DNA from: Myxococcales bacterium
GTDB lineage: Bacteria; Myxococcota_A; Polyangia; Nannocystales; Nannocystaceae
DNA: 64,000 bases
Assembly (NCBI GenBank): GCA_020633295.1
Contig: JACKDW010000001.1
Span: 1,277,828-1,341,827 of the forward strand
Direction of reading: 5' to 3'
The notes below the pieces were generated by a model, which was not told where the DNA came from, ran no database searches, and saw only the letters and a list, made by a program, of their open reading frames with translations. A program made the translations under genes and the position numbers. This document shows positions 35,636 through 45,573 of this stretch, piece by piece; within the stretch, counting starts at the first letter, position 1; every line of letters begins with the position of its first letter.

Positions 35636-36394
35636 GTGATCGCCTCGACCCTGCTACAGACCGTCCTGCTCACCGCGAGCCCCCACGCCGGCTTCGCGCT
35701 CCCGCCGCTCGAGCTGCGCTTCATGCAGCCCGGGGACGAGGAGGGCGAGGAAGGCGGCGAGGAAGGCGGCGAGGAAGGCGGCGAGGAAGGCGGCGAGGAG
35801 GGCGACGACCCGCTCGCCGGGGACGAGGAGGTGGCGGAGGGCCCGGTCGAGGGCGACGGCGACGGCGATGCCAGCGCCCCGCCCGCGGATCCCTCCGCGG
35901 CCCCCGAGGACTCCGGCGGCAAGCGCAAGAACAAGGAGTGGAACCTGCAGATCCAGGCCGGCGGCGAGTTCTTCGTCTCCGGTCAGTTCCTCGCTAAGGG
36001 CGCGAGCTTCCGCTTCGGCGCGTGGAAGCAGCTGTGGATCCGCGGCTTCATGGTCGGCGGCGGCCCCTTCCTCCACTACAGCATCCTGGTCGACCCGGCC
36101 GCCAGCGACACCGTGGGCCTGCTCACCTTCAACGGCGACTTCATCATCGGCGGCGGCAAGTACCAGAAGTTCGCGGTGTTCTTCCACGCGACCGCGGGCC
36201 TCGGGATCGGGCACGTGAGCGACAACGGGGGCGACACGATCATCGTGCCAATCGGGCGCCCCCTCGCGGGCGTGGGCGGCTACGGGCACATCACCGAGCG
36301 CATCAGCATCGGCGGCCTGGTTGACTTCGGCTACTACGTCGTCGCGGTCGGCGTGGACGCGATGATCACGCTCGGCTTCCACTTCGGCAAGTAG
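35636..36394 (+). CDS. Hypothetical secreted/outer-membrane protein with an (EEGG)n acidic repeat
   Basis: GTG start, hydrophobic N-terminus, a [20 protein letters not shown] repeat (12-bp DNA repeat), and a Gly-rich beta-rich C-terminal half. Confidence 0.55.
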   Translation: MIASTLLQTVLLTASPHAGFALPPLELRFMQPGDEEGEEGGEEGGEEGGEEGGEEGDDPLAGDEEVAEGPVEGDGDGDASAPPADPSAAPEDSGGKRKNKEWNLQIQAGGEFFVSGQFLAKGASFRFGAWKQLWIRGFMVGGGPFLHYSILVDPAASDTVGLLTFNGDFIIGGGKYQKFAVFFHATAGLGIGHVSDNGGDTIIVPIGRPLAGVGGYGHITERISIGGLVDFGYYVVAVGVDAMITLGFHFGK

Positions 36395-36555
36395 CGGCCG
36401 CCCTCGGCGCGTCGCGCCGCACGCCCTCGCTACGCGGGACCCGCGAGGTCACGGGACGTCACGACGCGCGAACGCTTGCGCCGCGCGTCGCCGGCCCTCT
36501 ATGCTCCGCGCGCCTCCGCGCCCTCGCGCACGAGGGTCGAGGCCGGGAGAACACG

Positions 36556-37758
36556 ATGGAACTCGGCACCGCTCTCTGTCCGTCCGCGACCCGCGTCCTC
36601 ATGCTCGGCTCCGGCGAGCTCGGCCGCGAGGTCACGCTCGAGGCCATGCGCCTCGGCGTCGAGGTCATCGCCTGCGACCGCTACGCGAACGCGCCCGCGA
36701 TGCAGCTCGCGCACCGCAGCCACGTGCTCGACATGCAGGACCCCGCGGCCGTGCGCGCGCTCGTCGAGCGCGAGCAGCCCCACTACATCGTCCCCGAGAT
36801 CGAGGCGATCGCCACCGACACGCTGCTCGAGCTCGAGCGCGAGGGCTGGACCGTGATCCCGACCGCGCGCGCGACCCGGCTGACCATGGACCGCGAGGGC
36901 ATCCGCCGGCTCGCCGCCGAGGAGCTCGGGCTGCCCACGAGCCCCTATCGCTTCGCCTCCTCGCTCGACGAGCTCAAGGCGGCCGTCTCGGCGCTCGGGC
37001 TGCCCTGCGTCGTCAAGCCCGTCATGTCGTCGTCGGGCAAGGGCCAGAGCACCCTGCGCGCGCCCGAGGACATCGAGCGCGCCTGGACCTACGCGCTCGA
37101 GGGATCGCGCGGTCGCTCGGCGCGGATCATCGTCGAGGGCTTCGTGTCCTTCGACACCGAGATCACGCTGCTGACGGTGCGCACCAAGGGCGAGGGCACG
37201 CTGTTCTGCCCGCCCGTCGGGCACCGGCAGGAGCGCGGCGACTACATGGAGTCCTGGCAGCCCGAGGCGCTCTCGCCCGCCACGCTCGCGCGCGCCCAGG
37301 AGATCGCCGAGCAGGTCACGACCGCGCTCGGCGGCCGCGGGCTGTTCGGCGTCGAGCTGTTCATCACCGGCGACGCGGCGGACGGCGTGGTCTTCAGCGA
37401 GGTCAGCCCGCGCCCGCACGACACCGGCATGGTGACCATGGCGACGCAGGACATGAGCGAGTTCGAGCTCCACGTGCGCGCGATCCTCGGCCTGCCGATC
37501 GGCGAGATCCGCCAGCGCGCGCCCGGGGCGTCCTCGGTGATCCTGGCCGAAGGACCCGGTCAGAACCCGCGCTTCTCCGGCGTCGACGAGGCGCTGGCGA
37601 CCGACCCCCGCGTGCACCTGCGCCTGTTCGGCAAGCCGAGCACGCGCGCGCACCGGCGCATGGGCGTGACCATCAGCCACGCCGACGACGTCGCCGAGGC
37701 GCGCGCGCTCGCCAACGCCGCCGCCGCCCGCGTGCGCGTCCACGTCGATCCCGCGTAG
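36556..37758 (+). CDS. purT: Formate-dependent phosphoribosylglycinamide formyltransferase (GAR transformylase T)
   Basis: Co-linear with E. coli PurT over the full length: [11 protein letters not shown]…[21 protein letters not shown]…[13 protein letters not shown]…[12 protein letters not shown]…[11 protein letters not shown]. Confidence 0.95.
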   Translation: MELGTALCPSATRVLMLGSGELGREVTLEAMRLGVEVIACDRYANAPAMQLAHRSHVLDMQDPAAVRALVEREQPHYIVPEIEAIATDTLLELEREGWTVIPTARATRLTMDREGIRRLAAEELGLPTSPYRFASSLDELKAAVSALGLPCVVKPVMSSSGKGQSTLRAPEDIERAWTYALEGSRGRSARIIVEGFVSFDTEITLLTVRTKGEGTLFCPPVGHRQERGDYMESWQPEALSPATLARAQEIAEQVTTALGGRGLFGVELFITGDAADGVVFSEVSPRPHDTGMVTMATQDMSEFELHVRAILGLPIGEIRQRAPGASSVILAEGPGQNPRFSGVDEALATDPRVHLRLFGKPSTRAHRRMGVTISHADDVAEARALANAAAARVRVHVDPA

Positions 37759-37803
37759 CCGCTGATCTCGCGTCCTGTCCGCTCGGACATGGCGTGCTGC
37801 GCT

Positions 37804-38550
37804 CTACAGCTTGTTCGGGATGTACTCGCGCGCGAACGCGGCGAACATCGCGATGAAGGTCGGCCACTCGTGGTCGCCCGGCAGCGTGTGCCGTCGCTCC
37901 TCCGGCAGCGCCTCGGCCAGCAGCCCGATCGTCCGCTTGAACGGGTCCGCCATGCCCCAGTACAGATCGAGCGGCGGGCGCGGCTCATCCTTCGCGTACC
38001 CGCGCAGCCAGAACCACGTGCGCTCGATCTGCTCGATCGGTGGTTCGGGCGTCCACTCGGCGAGGCCGCCGGCCTCGAAGATCTCGTCGATGATCACGTC
38101 GGGCCCGAGGAACGGCGCGAACGCGACCAGGCGATCGACGTGGTCGGGGTACACGCGCGCGTAGTCAAACGCGACCAGGCCGCCGGCGGACAGCGCGAGC
38201 CACACGCGGCGCGTGCGATCGCCCTGGGCGACGACATCGCCGCGCAGGTCCGCGACGACGTCGCCGAGGATGTAGGAGGGCGCGAGCCGGTACGCCACGA
38301 GGATGTCCCAGTCGCAGCCCGCGTCGCGCAGCGTCTGGATCACGCCGTGCTCCTCGAGGTCCGCCGGCGTGTCCGTCGCGCCAGGTAGCACGATCAGCAG
38401 CTCGTCGGTGCGCTCCCCCGACGGGCTCGGGTAGTTCGCCACGGACGGCTCGACGACGTTCGAGAGCGGCCGGCAGCCGAGCGCGGGCGCGCTCGCCAGG
38501 GCCATGCACAGCTGTCGACGGCTCACGCGACTCGACACCAGCGCGAGCAT
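37804..38550 (-). CDS. Alpha/beta-hydrolase-fold lipoprotein (tentative)
   Basis: Lipobox ASAPALGC. ALSAGG is a possible nucleophile elbow. The start was chosen at an internal Met; ORF 37804..38745. Confidence 0.4.
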   Translation of the reverse strand: MLALVSSRVSRRQLCMALASAPALGCRPLSNVVEPSVANYPSPSGERTDELLIVLPGATDTPADLEEHGVIQTLRDAGCDWDILVAYRLAPSYILGDVVADLRGDVVAQGDRTRRVWLALSAGGLVAFDYARVYPDHVDRLVAFAPFLGPDVIIDEIFEAGGLAEWTPEPPIEQIERTWFWLRGYAKDEPRPPLDLYWGMADPFKRTIGLLAEALPEERRHTLPGDHEWPTFIAMFAAFAREYIPNKL

Positions 38551-38847
38551 GCCACACGCCGCGACAGAGTCGATCGTGTGCCGCAGATTGTCACGACGGC
38601 TCGCATTGACACACTCGCCGCGCGCGCCCCCGAGCGCGCGCCCGAGTAACGCCGGCGATTCGTCCCCGCGCGCGCGGCTCGGCGTCTGGCACAGCCCATG
38701 CAGTGTCATCAACACGACCGGCGCGACCCAACGCGCCCTCACCACAACCTCGCGGCCCAGCGATCACAAGCAGCGCCAGCCCGCTCGCGCGGCGCCGGGC
38801 CGCCGACAACAACCCCGCCGCGCCCTCACCCCCACAAAAGGACTCCC

Positions 38848-39018
38848 ATGAACACCATCATGAAATGGACCATCATCTTCTTCATCATCGCGCTCATCGC
38901 CGCCGTGCTCGGCTTCACCGGCATCGCCGGCGCCGGCATCAGCATCGCGCAGACCCTGTTCTTCGTCTTCCTCGTCGTCGCCGTCATCACGGGGATCCTC
39001 GGCGCGCTCCGCGGCTGA
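38848..39018 (+). CDS. DUF1328 / UPF0391 small membrane protein (56 aa)
   Basis: MNTIMKWTIIFFIIALIAAVLGFTGIAGAGISIAQTLFFVFLVVAVITGIL is the hallmark of this family. SD aagga before the ATG. Confidence 0.8.
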   Translation: MNTIMKWTIIFFIIALIAAVLGFTGIAGAGISIAQTLFFVFLVVAVITGILGALRG

Positions 39019-39176
39019 GCGAGACGCCGCGCCGACGCGCGCGCGAGTCGAGCACGTCCCCGCGATGTCGGGTCGACGTCCCTCGCCGCGCGAGCCCGAC
39101 GCACGACGCGACGCGTACGCGCCGCGTCGTGCATCGGGCGGCGCGGCCGCGCTCCAACACGATCACGAGCATCACC

Positions 39177-39644
39177 ATGCACATTCGAATTCCCATCATC
39201 CGACCCATCCTCGCGCTCACGCTCCTCGGGCTCGCCGCCCCGGCCTGCGACGACGTCGAGCTGCCGACCGCGAAGGCGGCCAGCGCCGACGCCCCGCGGC
39301 CGGCCAGCGCCGACGCCGACGACGCCGACGACGACGCGAGGCGCCCGGCGCCGCCGCCCACGACCGTGGACGCGGCGCTCGAGGGCTACTCCAGCTGTCA
39401 CGCGCGATGCCACGAGGAGGAGCGGGGCACCGACCTCTCGACCTGCACGCTCAACTGCGGCGTCGCGGCCGAGGCCGCCTACCACACCATCGAGCCCACG
39501 CCCGACAAGGCCGCCTACGACGCGGCGCTCGGCGAGCTGAAGGCGTGCGTCAGCAGCTGCGACGCGGACACCTCGCGCGACACCAACATGTACACCTGCT
39601 ACCTGAACTGCAAGACATCTGCGCAGGTCGACTTCTCGAGCTGA
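39177..39644 (+). CDS. Small Cys-rich secreted lipoprotein with an internally duplicated TCxLNC motif
   Basis: Lipobox LGLAAPAC. 8 Cys; STCTLNCG and YTCYLNCK repeat. Confidence 0.55.
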   Translation: MHIRIPIIRPILALTLLGLAAPACDDVELPTAKAASADAPRPASADADDADDDARRPAPPPTTVDAALEGYSSCHARCHEEERGTDLSTCTLNCGVAAEAAYHTIEPTPDKAAYDAALGELKACVSSCDADTSRDTNMYTCYLNCKTSAQVDFSS

Positions 39645-39760
39645 CCATCTCCGCGCCGACACGCCGCGCGCGCGAGACCTGGCGCGGCTCCGACCCCACC
39701 ACCTGACGTGAGCGCGCGAGCTCGCCGCGCGCGCGCCTACACCCTCTGTGAGACACCAAG

Positions 39761-40030
39761 ATGTACAAGACCACGATCACGATCCTCTCCGCCCTGCTCC
39801 TCTCGACCAGCGCCTGCGCCGCCAAGGACACCAAGGCGACCGCGACCCCCGGTGAGGCGAACGCCGCCGCGGAGGGCGACGCCGCGGCCGCGAGCGCCTA
39901 CAGCGACGAGGACGAGGCCTCCGCCTACGCCGCGGACGAAGACGGCGCCGCCGTCGCTGCGGTCGAGGGCGAGGGCGCCGAGGCGGAGGCCAGCGCCGCG
40001 AGCGACGAGGACGACGCGGGAGCCCAGTGA
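39761..40030 (+). CDS. Small acidic lipoprotein (89 aa)
   Basis: ILSALLLSTSAC lipobox, then an Ala/Glu/Asp-rich body. A GTGA overlap couples it to the next ORF. Confidence 0.5.
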   Translation: MYKTTITILSALLLSTSACAAKDTKATATPGEANAAAEGDAAAASAYSDEDEASAYAADEDGAAVAAVEGEGAEAEASAASDEDDAGAQ

Positions 40031-40608
40031 GCGAGCGCGACGCCCCAGCGCGCGCGCGGCGAGCGAGTGCGCGGCGCTGCTGCGCCGTCGCGCTGCTGTG
40101 CTGCTGCCGGCCAGACGCGAGCCCCCGCGCGCCCGTCGACGACGTCGAGATCGACCTCGACGCGGCGGGCATGGGGGCGACGATCGTCGCCCCCGCGCGG
40201 GCGTCGGTCGCGGCCGAGGCGGACGGGGTGCGGATCACCGGCGGCAGCGACTTCGACATGGTCGTGCGCCGCGGCGCGCTCGACATCTGGGCGCTGCGCT
40301 GCGAGCTCGCGAGCGCCCGCGCGCCCGCGCTGACCCGCTTCGTCGAGGCCCGGCCCGACCGCCTGATCTACGCGGTCGAGGGGCCCGCGGGCCGCGGCCC
40401 GAGCTTTCACTTCGTCGCCCGCGGCGACGCGGCCGGGATCCCCTACTACTGCCGCTCTGCGGGCGACGGCGTGCCGACGCGACGCCGGCTCGACCCCATG
40501 CTCCAGGCCTGCGCCGCGCTCTCGTTTCGACGCGGCGACGTGGCCGAGCACCAGCGCGCCACGCTCGCGCAGGATCGGCGCGTGGCAAAACGCGACGGTG
40601 ACGATTAA
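40027..40608 (+). CDS. Hypothetical protein
   Basis: GTG start overlapping the upstream stop. Cys-rich N-terminal hydrophobic segment. No family recognised. Confidence 0.4.
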   Translation: MSERDAPARARRASARRCCAVALLCCCRPDASPRAPVDDVEIDLDAAGMGATIVAPARASVAAEADGVRITGGSDFDMVVRRGALDIWALRCELASARAPALTRFVEARPDRLIYAVEGPAGRGPSFHFVARGDAAGIPYYCRSAGDGVPTRRRLDPMLQACAALSFRRGDVAEHQRATLAQDRRVAKRDGDD

Positions 40609-40671
40609 CATGTCTTTAAAGACATATTAAAATAGACTCCGAGCCTCTCTCGCATTGCATGAGGTGGCTCG

Positions 40672-41718
<1,047 letters not shown>

Positions 41719-41859
41719 CATGACCTGTCTTAAAAATCTCATTGATCGCGGCGCCCGAGCGGCGCGCGGTCAGCCGCGGCGCCGGTCGAGCTGATCGCGC
41801 GCGCGCCCGAGCGGCGCGCGGTCAACCGCGTGTCTCTTGTGACATATCAAGGCGCGCGC

Positions 41860-42906
41860 TCACGCCGGCGTCTCGACGCGGCCGTCGGCGTGGATCGCGA
41901 AGCGGCCCTTCTCGCGCGCGTGCGCGGGGCCGTCGCTCTCCCACGGCCAGCCGCCGAACTGCGTGCGGTGGTAGTCGACCACCGCCTGCTGGATCTCGGC
42001 CCGCGTGTTCATCACGAACGGGCCGTGCTGCACCACCGGCTCGGCGATCGGGCGCCCTTGCAGCAGCAGCAGCTCGCCCCCGTGAGCGCCGCCCTCGAGC
42101 GCGACCTCGGACTCCGGCCGAAGCTGCGCCGCGGTCGCCTGCGCGAGCGACACGCCCGCGATCGTCGCGTCGCCGCTGATCCCGTAGAGCACCCGGTTCA
42201 CGCTCGCCGGGCCGGCGGGCAGCGTGTAGCGGGCGCCGCGGCCGAGCTTGATCGTGGCGATCAACACGCCGGACTCCGGGCGCGACGCCCACGAGTTCGG
42301 CGGGGGGCTGGGCGCGCGCGCCCCCGCGAGCGCGCCGGCGTAGACCGTGAGCTCGGTCGCACGTCCACGCGCGTCCTCGACCCGCGCGCGCGGGATCGTG
42401 TGGGCCCACAGCATCGTGAAGTGGGGCGCGACCATCTTGTCGACGCGCGGGAGGTTGAGCCAGATCTGGAACAGCTCGGTCGGGTTGCCGCGGTCGCGGT
42501 GCACGAGCGGGAACATCTCGCTGTGGACCACGCCGCGCCCGGCCGTCATCCACTGGCAGTCGCCCTCGCCGAAGCGCGCCGTCGCGCCCATGCTGTCGCT
42601 GTGATCGATGTACCCGCGACGCGCGATGGTCACGGTCTCGAAGCCGCGGTGCGGGTGGCGGGGGAAGCCGGGGATGACGTCGCCGTGGTACATGCGCCAG
42701 CCGTCCTTGCCGGCGAAGTCCATGCCGATCGTGCGGCCGGCGAGCGACGCGTCCGGGCCCATGCGGTCGTCGCCGCGCGGGTACGCGTCGTCGTGGTGAA
42801 CGAGGAACAGGAACGGATCGAGCGTCGGCCACGGCGGGCGCCCGAGCGGCGTCACGGACAGGATCGCGGAATCAGTCACGGTCCAGCACTCCTCCTGGGG
42901 GTTCAC
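41860..42906 (-). CDS. Pirin-family cupin protein
   Basis: HPHRGFETVTIARRGYIDHSDSMG…GDCQWMTAGRGVVHSEMFP is the pirin N-terminal cupin signature. Confidence 0.8.
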   Translation of the reverse strand: MNPQEECWTVTDSAILSVTPLGRPPWPTLDPFLFLVHHDDAYPRGDDRMGPDASLAGRTIGMDFAGKDGWRMYHGDVIPGFPRHPHRGFETVTIARRGYIDHSDSMGATARFGEGDCQWMTAGRGVVHSEMFPLVHRDRGNPTELFQIWLNLPRVDKMVAPHFTMLWAHTIPRARVEDARGRATELTVYAGALAGARAPSPPPNSWASRPESGVLIATIKLGRGARYTLPAGPASVNRVLYGISGDATIAGVSLAQATAAQLRPESEVALEGGAHGGELLLLQGRPIAEPVVQHGPFVMNTRAEIQQAVVDYHRTQFGGWPWESDGPAHAREKGRFAIHADGRVETPA

Positions 42907-43044
42907 TACCGTAGCAGACCCGCGCCCCTCCTCTGCCGCCGGAGGTCGACCGCGGACGCGTCGACCGCGGAGGTGAGCCGAGGAGGTCGATTGTGGACGC
43001 CGGCGCGCGCGGCGACGCGCCCGCCGGTCGCCGGGTGCCTGTCG

Positions 43045-44472
43045 CTACTGCGGGATGATGACGCCCGCGAGCGCGAAGCCGATCATGTCGGAGTAGGTGT
43101 ACGCGCCGGTCAGGCCGCTGTAGGTCGTGAACTCGCCGGTCTCCGGGTTGATCTTGCTCAGCGTGGAGCCGTTGGCGACCGCCCAGACGAAGCCGTCGAA
43201 GCCGACGCTGATCCCGTACGAGCCCGCCGCCGCCCAGGTCTTCTCGACCTGCAGCGTCTCGCGGTTGACGCCGACCACGCCGTCGCCGTTGGACATCCAG
43301 AGGAGGCCGTCGGGGCCGACGTCCGCCATGCAGCCGGTCCAGCCGCCGACCGCCGCGGTCGTCCAGGTCTCGGTCTCGGGGTCGAAGCGGCCGGCCGTGT
43401 TGCTGCACAGCCACACGTAGCCGTCGGAGTCGACCGTCATGCCGTACCAGTGCGGGCCGTCCGGCGTGTCGAAGATCTTATAGGACATGTCCTCACGGAC
43501 AACCTTGATCAGCTTGCCGCTGGTGCCCAGCTGCGAGCCCCAGAAGTTGCCGTCGCCGTCGACCGCCGCGCCGTAGATGCCGTAGAAGTCGGAGTTGAGG
43601 CCGTCGCCGCCGGTCGGCACCGCGATCTGCTCCTTGATCGAGCCGTCGTCGCCGTCGAGCACGATGATGTCGAGCGAGCCGCCCTGGTTGTTGCCCGAGG
43701 TCCACAGCTCCTCGTCCTCCCACGCGCAGGTCTGCGGGTTCTGCACGCCGAGGCCCCACGCGACGGGGCGCTGGCTCGCGTAGTTCATCGGCGTGTGCCA
43801 GGCGATGCACTCCTCGACGCCCCACGCGAGGAACTGGTTGTCGGTCGACGTCTGGATGCCGGGCATCCCGTTGGACTCCTGGCACAGGCTCTCGTCCGAG
43901 TAGATCTTCGTGACGCCGCCGTTGCGGTTGGCCACCGCGACATGTCCCGTGAGGCTCACGGACGTGCGCGAGGGGCTGCCGGCGCTGTCGGGGCGCACGA
44001 TGTAGCGGCCGACCTCGGTGACCGTCTCGGTGTCGATCTTCGAGATCGTGCCCTGGACGCTGTTGGCCGCCCACAGGTACGAGGCCTCGGGCATGACCGG
44101 CGGCATGTTGTCGCAGTCCGGCGGCTCGACGCCGGTGGTGCCGTCCTCCGTGGTCGTCGCGCCGTCGGTCGTCGTGCTGGTCCCGTCGGGGCCGGTGCTC
44201 CCGGTCGCCGGACCGGTGGTCGTGCTGGTCTCGGGCCCCGCCGTGGTCGCGGCGGTCGTCGTGCCGGTCATCCCCTGCCCGCCGGTCCCCGCCGTCGTCC
44301 CGTTCGTGCCGCTGTTGTCGCCGGTGCCCGCGGTCGTCTCGGTCGCGTTGGCGCTCGTCGACGGGCTGCTGTCGCTCCCGCTGGCGCTGTTGGTGTCGCT
44401 GCCCGCGCCGCTGTCACCGCAAGAGACGGCCGCGCAGACGGCCAAGAGAACCCTGTAATTCGTTCGCTTCAT
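43045..44472 (-). CDS. Secreted lipoprotein with a Thr/Gly-rich linker and a beta-propeller-like repeat domain
   Basis: Lipobox AVSCGDSG. TTAGTG/TTT linker. Repeated …DGxxW… blades. Confidence 0.65.
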   Translation of the reverse strand: MKRTNYRVLLAVCAAVSCGDSGAGSDTNSASGSDSSPSTSANATETTAGTGDNSGTNGTTAGTGGQGMTGTTTAATTAGPETSTTTGPATGSTGPDGTSTTTDGATTTEDGTTGVEPPDCDNMPPVMPEASYLWAANSVQGTISKIDTETVTEVGRYIVRPDSAGSPSRTSVSLTGHVAVANRNGGVTKIYSDESLCQESNGMPGIQTSTDNQFLAWGVEECIAWHTPMNYASQRPVAWGLGVQNPQTCAWEDEELWTSGNNQGGSLDIIVLDGDDGSIKEQIAVPTGGDGLNSDFYGIYGAAVDGDGNFWGSQLGTSGKLIKVVREDMSYKIFDTPDGPHWYGMTVDSDGYVWLCSNTAGRFDPETETWTTAAVGGWTGCMADVGPDGLLWMSNGDGVVGVNRETLQVEKTWAAAGSYGISVGFDGFVWAVANGSTLSKINPETGEFTTYSGLTGAYTYSDMIGFALAGVIIPQ

Positions 44473-44700
44473 GATCGCCCCCTCGCGGGTCGCCGCGGCC
44501 GCGCCGCGAAACAGAGAAAACCCGCACATCTCCGCGGTGAAAACACGCGTTCGAGATCGCGCATCCCCGTGGAATCACCCAAGCTACTCCATTCGACCAC
44601 GGCCGGGGCGCCCCCGCGTGTGAGAAACAGCCTGTTATAACGCGTGAAACGCGCGTTGTTTGAACATGATCAGCCGGCCCGGAGCCGGAGAAGCCCGAGT

Positions 44701-45570
44701 ATGGACCCGCGACTGAGCGCCCTTCGACTCCCCGCCCTCACCCTCCCCCTGCTCCTGTCGGCCGCCTGCCCGGCGCCCCCGCAGCACCTCGGAGACTTCA
44801 CCACCGACTCCGACGCCGATGACTCGTCCGCCACGAGCGCGGCGACCGACGACTCGAGCGCCGACCCGAGCGCCGACCCGAGCGCCGGCGAGCAGCCCGG
44901 CGCGCTCGACGGCGTGGAGGTCTCGTTCGTGCAGATCGACGCGCGCTACCCCGGCGCGCCGACGATCGAGCTCACGCCCGCGCTGATCGGGCAGCCGCTC
45001 GAGCTGTCCGGCAGCCTCACGGACGCCGGGGACTTCATCCTGTTCGTCGTCCACGCCTACGACGACTACCGGGTGCAGTTCGGCCCGGTCACGCACGTCG
45101 TCGAGCCCCTGGCGGAGGCGCCGACCGAGAGCGCGCTGGCGTGGGTCCACGCGACCCTGATCTCGGTCGACGAGGACGGGGAGCAGCCGCCCGTGCTCGA
45201 GGTCGACGCCTTCCAGCTCGCGCCGCCCGAGCCGATCGCGGCCGCGCTGGCCGCCGCGTGCGACTGGCTCGACGCGCGCGTCGACCAGATCGACGCGAAC
45301 CTGATCAAGCCGAGCGCGCGCTGGGATGAGCTGCTCGCCGCGCACGAGAACCTCGACGCCGACGCCGATCTCAACGCGCCCGCGTACACGCCGAGCCGGT
45401 ACGCGCTGTTCTGGGACGAGGGCGCCGCGCGGGTGCAGCTGCACTGCGGGTCGCGGCCCATCGCCGCCGACCCGCTGCTGCGGTCGACGACGGAGTACGC
45501 CGTCGTCTACGACCTCGACGCCGACGCGATCGAGCGCGTGCTGGTCGACGAGCTGACGCTCGCGCTGTGA
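44701..45570 (+). CDS. Secreted lipoprotein, function unknown
   Basis: Lipobox LLLSAACPAP. Acidic linker. Confidence 0.6.
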   Translation: MDPRLSALRLPALTLPLLLSAACPAPPQHLGDFTTDSDADDSSATSAATDDSSADPSADPSAGEQPGALDGVEVSFVQIDARYPGAPTIELTPALIGQPLELSGSLTDAGDFILFVVHAYDDYRVQFGPVTHVVEPLAEAPTESALAWVHATLISVDEDGEQPPVLEVDAFQLAPPEPIAAALAAACDWLDARVDQIDANLIKPSARWDELLAAHENLDADADLNAPAYTPSRYALFWDEGAARVQLHCGSRPIAADPLLRSTTEYAVVYDLDADAIERVLVDELTLAL

Positions 45571-45573
45571 GCG

